A program made the translations under genes and the position numbers. A DNA stretch of 64,000 bases from Owenia fusiformis (Eukaryota). Within the stretch, counting starts at the first letter, position 1. Each line of letters begins with the position of its first letter. The stretch spans positions 39,866,001 through 39,930,000 of the forward strand of contig CAIIXF020000001.1 in NCBI GenBank assembly GCA_903813345.2, written 5' to 3'. Shown in pieces: positions 61,458 to 64,000 of this stretch. Under the pieces are notes generated by a model, which did not search any database, had not been told where the DNA came from, and saw only the letters and a program-made list of their open reading frames with translations.

Positions 61458-64000
61458 TAGGGCCAGATTGATCTATCAAGTATTTTCATTTGGATTTATG
61501 TAAACTTCATTGACATGTTACTATATGATCTTGTTAGTTAAAATGTGGGCTTTGATTTAACATAATGAGCTAAAAATTGTAAACCTTAAAAGAGTAAATG
61601 AACTTTTAAAGATTTTTATCATTTAGCGGGATAAATAGTGTAAAGTAATCGCCGTTTGCGGAACAAATCGTGAAAATTTCCTCAAATGATCACTGATTGC
61701 TACTCTTTAAATAAAGCAACTGTGCCAAAAAATCGCTCCATAGGAACTACCCTAATTTTAGAATTCTTACCCCCCCATGGTCACGGAGGGGGGGGGGGGG
61801 GGGGGCTAAAAAAAATTTGACACAATTTTTTTTACTAAATTATGCTCATACTTCAAATTTAATATTACCTTATCATGTTAAGAAGTTAATGTTGAAGTAA
61901 AAATATGAAATACCATTGATTTTCAATTGCTATGTTAAAGGATGGTGATGGGCGACGCCCACTTTTCTTGTATTGAATATTTTGCACCATATCACAGTAG
62001 CAGGAGTAAATCGAATAAGTGATATATGATTTTAAAATTACATCTATATCTAATGCTTCACATGACTATTATTTTTCCCCTTTTTCACTGTTAAAGGCTT
62101 GTTTTGAGTCACACCCATCTTTTAGATATACAGAGTTAGACTCCATATATCAACTATCTATACCTGTTTCATAGTTCCTTTAGTTTCACTTTGCACACGT
62201 TTTTAAATCATAGTTTTATTTATCTTATCAATAGAAGGATTTATACTAGTGTCTATCAGTATCATAGTTACTTTTTGGTATGTTGCAGTGTCCTTATGAA
62301 GAACAATTGCCATCACACACACATAATGCTGTACAAACAAGATTTCCTTTCAGGCTCTTGCATCGTGTTGATATGCATTGGTATTTGCAGCTACACTTTA
62401 TGAGAGCCTGGCAAGCGTCTGATGCTTGGGGTAAAGTCGTACCTTGGTATCCATTGGGTGTCTTCAAATATCCAGCCCCACTCAGCTGGGGAAGGAACTT
62501 GAGGATTCGCTGTAAGTGATTGCCCTTAAATACAGCTTGGTTTATGACTCTCTTCCTATGCTGTAAAAGGGCATCTGATGTTGGACGAATGTGTGATATT
62601 ATTGAAGTCCTCTTTGTGAACATCTCCTTCCTCGCAGCATTGATTGATGTTTCATTGCTTGTTTAAAGTTGTAGACCAGAATAATGAACTGCTCTAAAAT
62701 AGGCATGGCATCAAGCAGGGTATTGGGTCGTATTGAGATTTCTGTTAATACTGTAGTCAATTCAGGGTAGGTACTCCATTGGTTCCAGGCTGATGTCTTA
62801 GACTTTCCATTAAAGCCTGATGTGGTGTCACATCCAGTCATAGCATCGAATATTGGGAAACACATGGCTTTCTGAGGAGTCATTACATGGGCAATTTCGT
62901 GGGCTGGAAGGTATCTATAGGACTTTCCCTTGCCAAAGGCGAGCCAGATTTGAATGTTAAGTTGTACTAACTGCCAGAACAACAGTGTCTCAATCAACTG
63001 TTCTAATCGTCATTTTAGTGAAGCCTTATTTCATTGCATAATATATGTGCAGAAAGATTCAGGAATCTGCCTCTTCAAGGGATGATGTTGAAATCTCAGA
63101 AACATGCTGCTTAGGATATGCCTCTACAGAATTCCAAATTGTTGTAATCAGGATTTTATTCTCTGGTACTGGAATGACTGCGACATTTGATGCAAGGAAG
63201 GTAAAGAGATCACTTTTCTCGTCATCCGAGCGTAGAAATTCTGGCCAATTCCCTGGCAATTTGTTTTCTGGATAAACTATTTGACGCTTTCCAGATCCAC
63301 GCTTTTTTTTGTTGAAGATTTGACACTATTTGGTATATATTGATCCCATACAATATCAAGTCTTTGTACTCTATTAAGTTGATCTGCAGCATACTTATCA
63401 AATATGTCATTTGAGTATTGTAGGAAGGTTCTTGCTTCTTGAGTTTTCAGCAGGTCGACTATCACGGCACCATCAAGAAACAGGGCTTCAACATCTGGTG
63501 TATTGATCTCTCTATTTGGAACAAGGTCTTCCACTGGTTTTAAGATATTTGCTTTGAGGCCAGTCTTGATTGTGCCATCTTGTGAAAGGGATGGAGGGAA
63601 TGCCTGGTTCTCATGTCAGAAAAGCTCATCTAAGTTGCTGTCTCTATTCTGGCACGCTATGTATAGTTGTGAAAATATGTATAGTTGTGAAAATAGGGCA
63701 GTGTCATTTTTCAAGCTTGCTAGCTTTGAAATTGAGTTAGATTTGTTTGAAGATCTTGAAATTGTTTCTCTTAATAGGGTCTGGTGATGGCTTTTGATCT
63801 TTCAATAGTTCTCTCCTTTATATATACTTCACATTAACTTTTTCCCTTGTTATTCTCAATTGTGTTCAACGTGTCAACTGCACTGCTTGACATTACATCT
63901 TTAGTATCAAGTGTCCAAAGTTCCTTTGATGTTGCAATAAAGGGGTTTCCTAAATCATTGATAACCTCAGTAAGGGAATTGACATATTTGTTGAAACTGG
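61458..64000 (-). mobile_element. Decayed Academ(X)-like DNA transposon (XPG/FEN1-like nuclease plus Cys-rich C-terminus), runs past the window end
   Basis: Frameshifted minus-strand ORF pieces 62294-63534 with LDGAVIV, DIVWDQY, EEADS, TGCDTTSGFNGKSK and LIKCSCK...C...RCK...CTALCVC; candidate terminus TAGGGCCAGA at 61458. Confidence 0.65.

Overview
AT-rich, intron-rich animal genomic DNA, probably from an invertebrate (the repeat types suggest a lophotrochozoan, but this is inference). Three host genes are visible. (1) A first coding exon of a Shaw/Kv3-like voltage-gated K+ channel (T1 domain) on the minus strand at 5880-6243; the rest is not seen in the window. (2) A 13-exon SLC18B1-like MFS transporter on the plus strand at 12551-21915, with a long disordered N-terminus. 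(3) A complete pumilio (PUF) gene on the plus strand, CDS 32424-52557, with a probable ~3.7 kb 3' UTR. The rest is rich in MITEs and decayed transposons (hAT5-, Kolobok-, Tc1/mariner-, Harbinger-, Mutator- and Helentron-like elements, an L1/Tx1-like fragment, and an Academ-like element at the right edge). Most notable: ten intronic H/ACA snoRNA-like copies (SNORA3/ACA3-like), one per pumilio intron, in two subtypes that share hairpin 1 but differ in the hairpin-2 guide; a tandemly duplicated, probably mutually exclusive exon at the start of the Pumilio RNA-binding domain; and a 59-bp minisatellite that repeats the last splice acceptor of the SLC18B1-like gene 13 times. All exon and repeat boundaries were read by eye.
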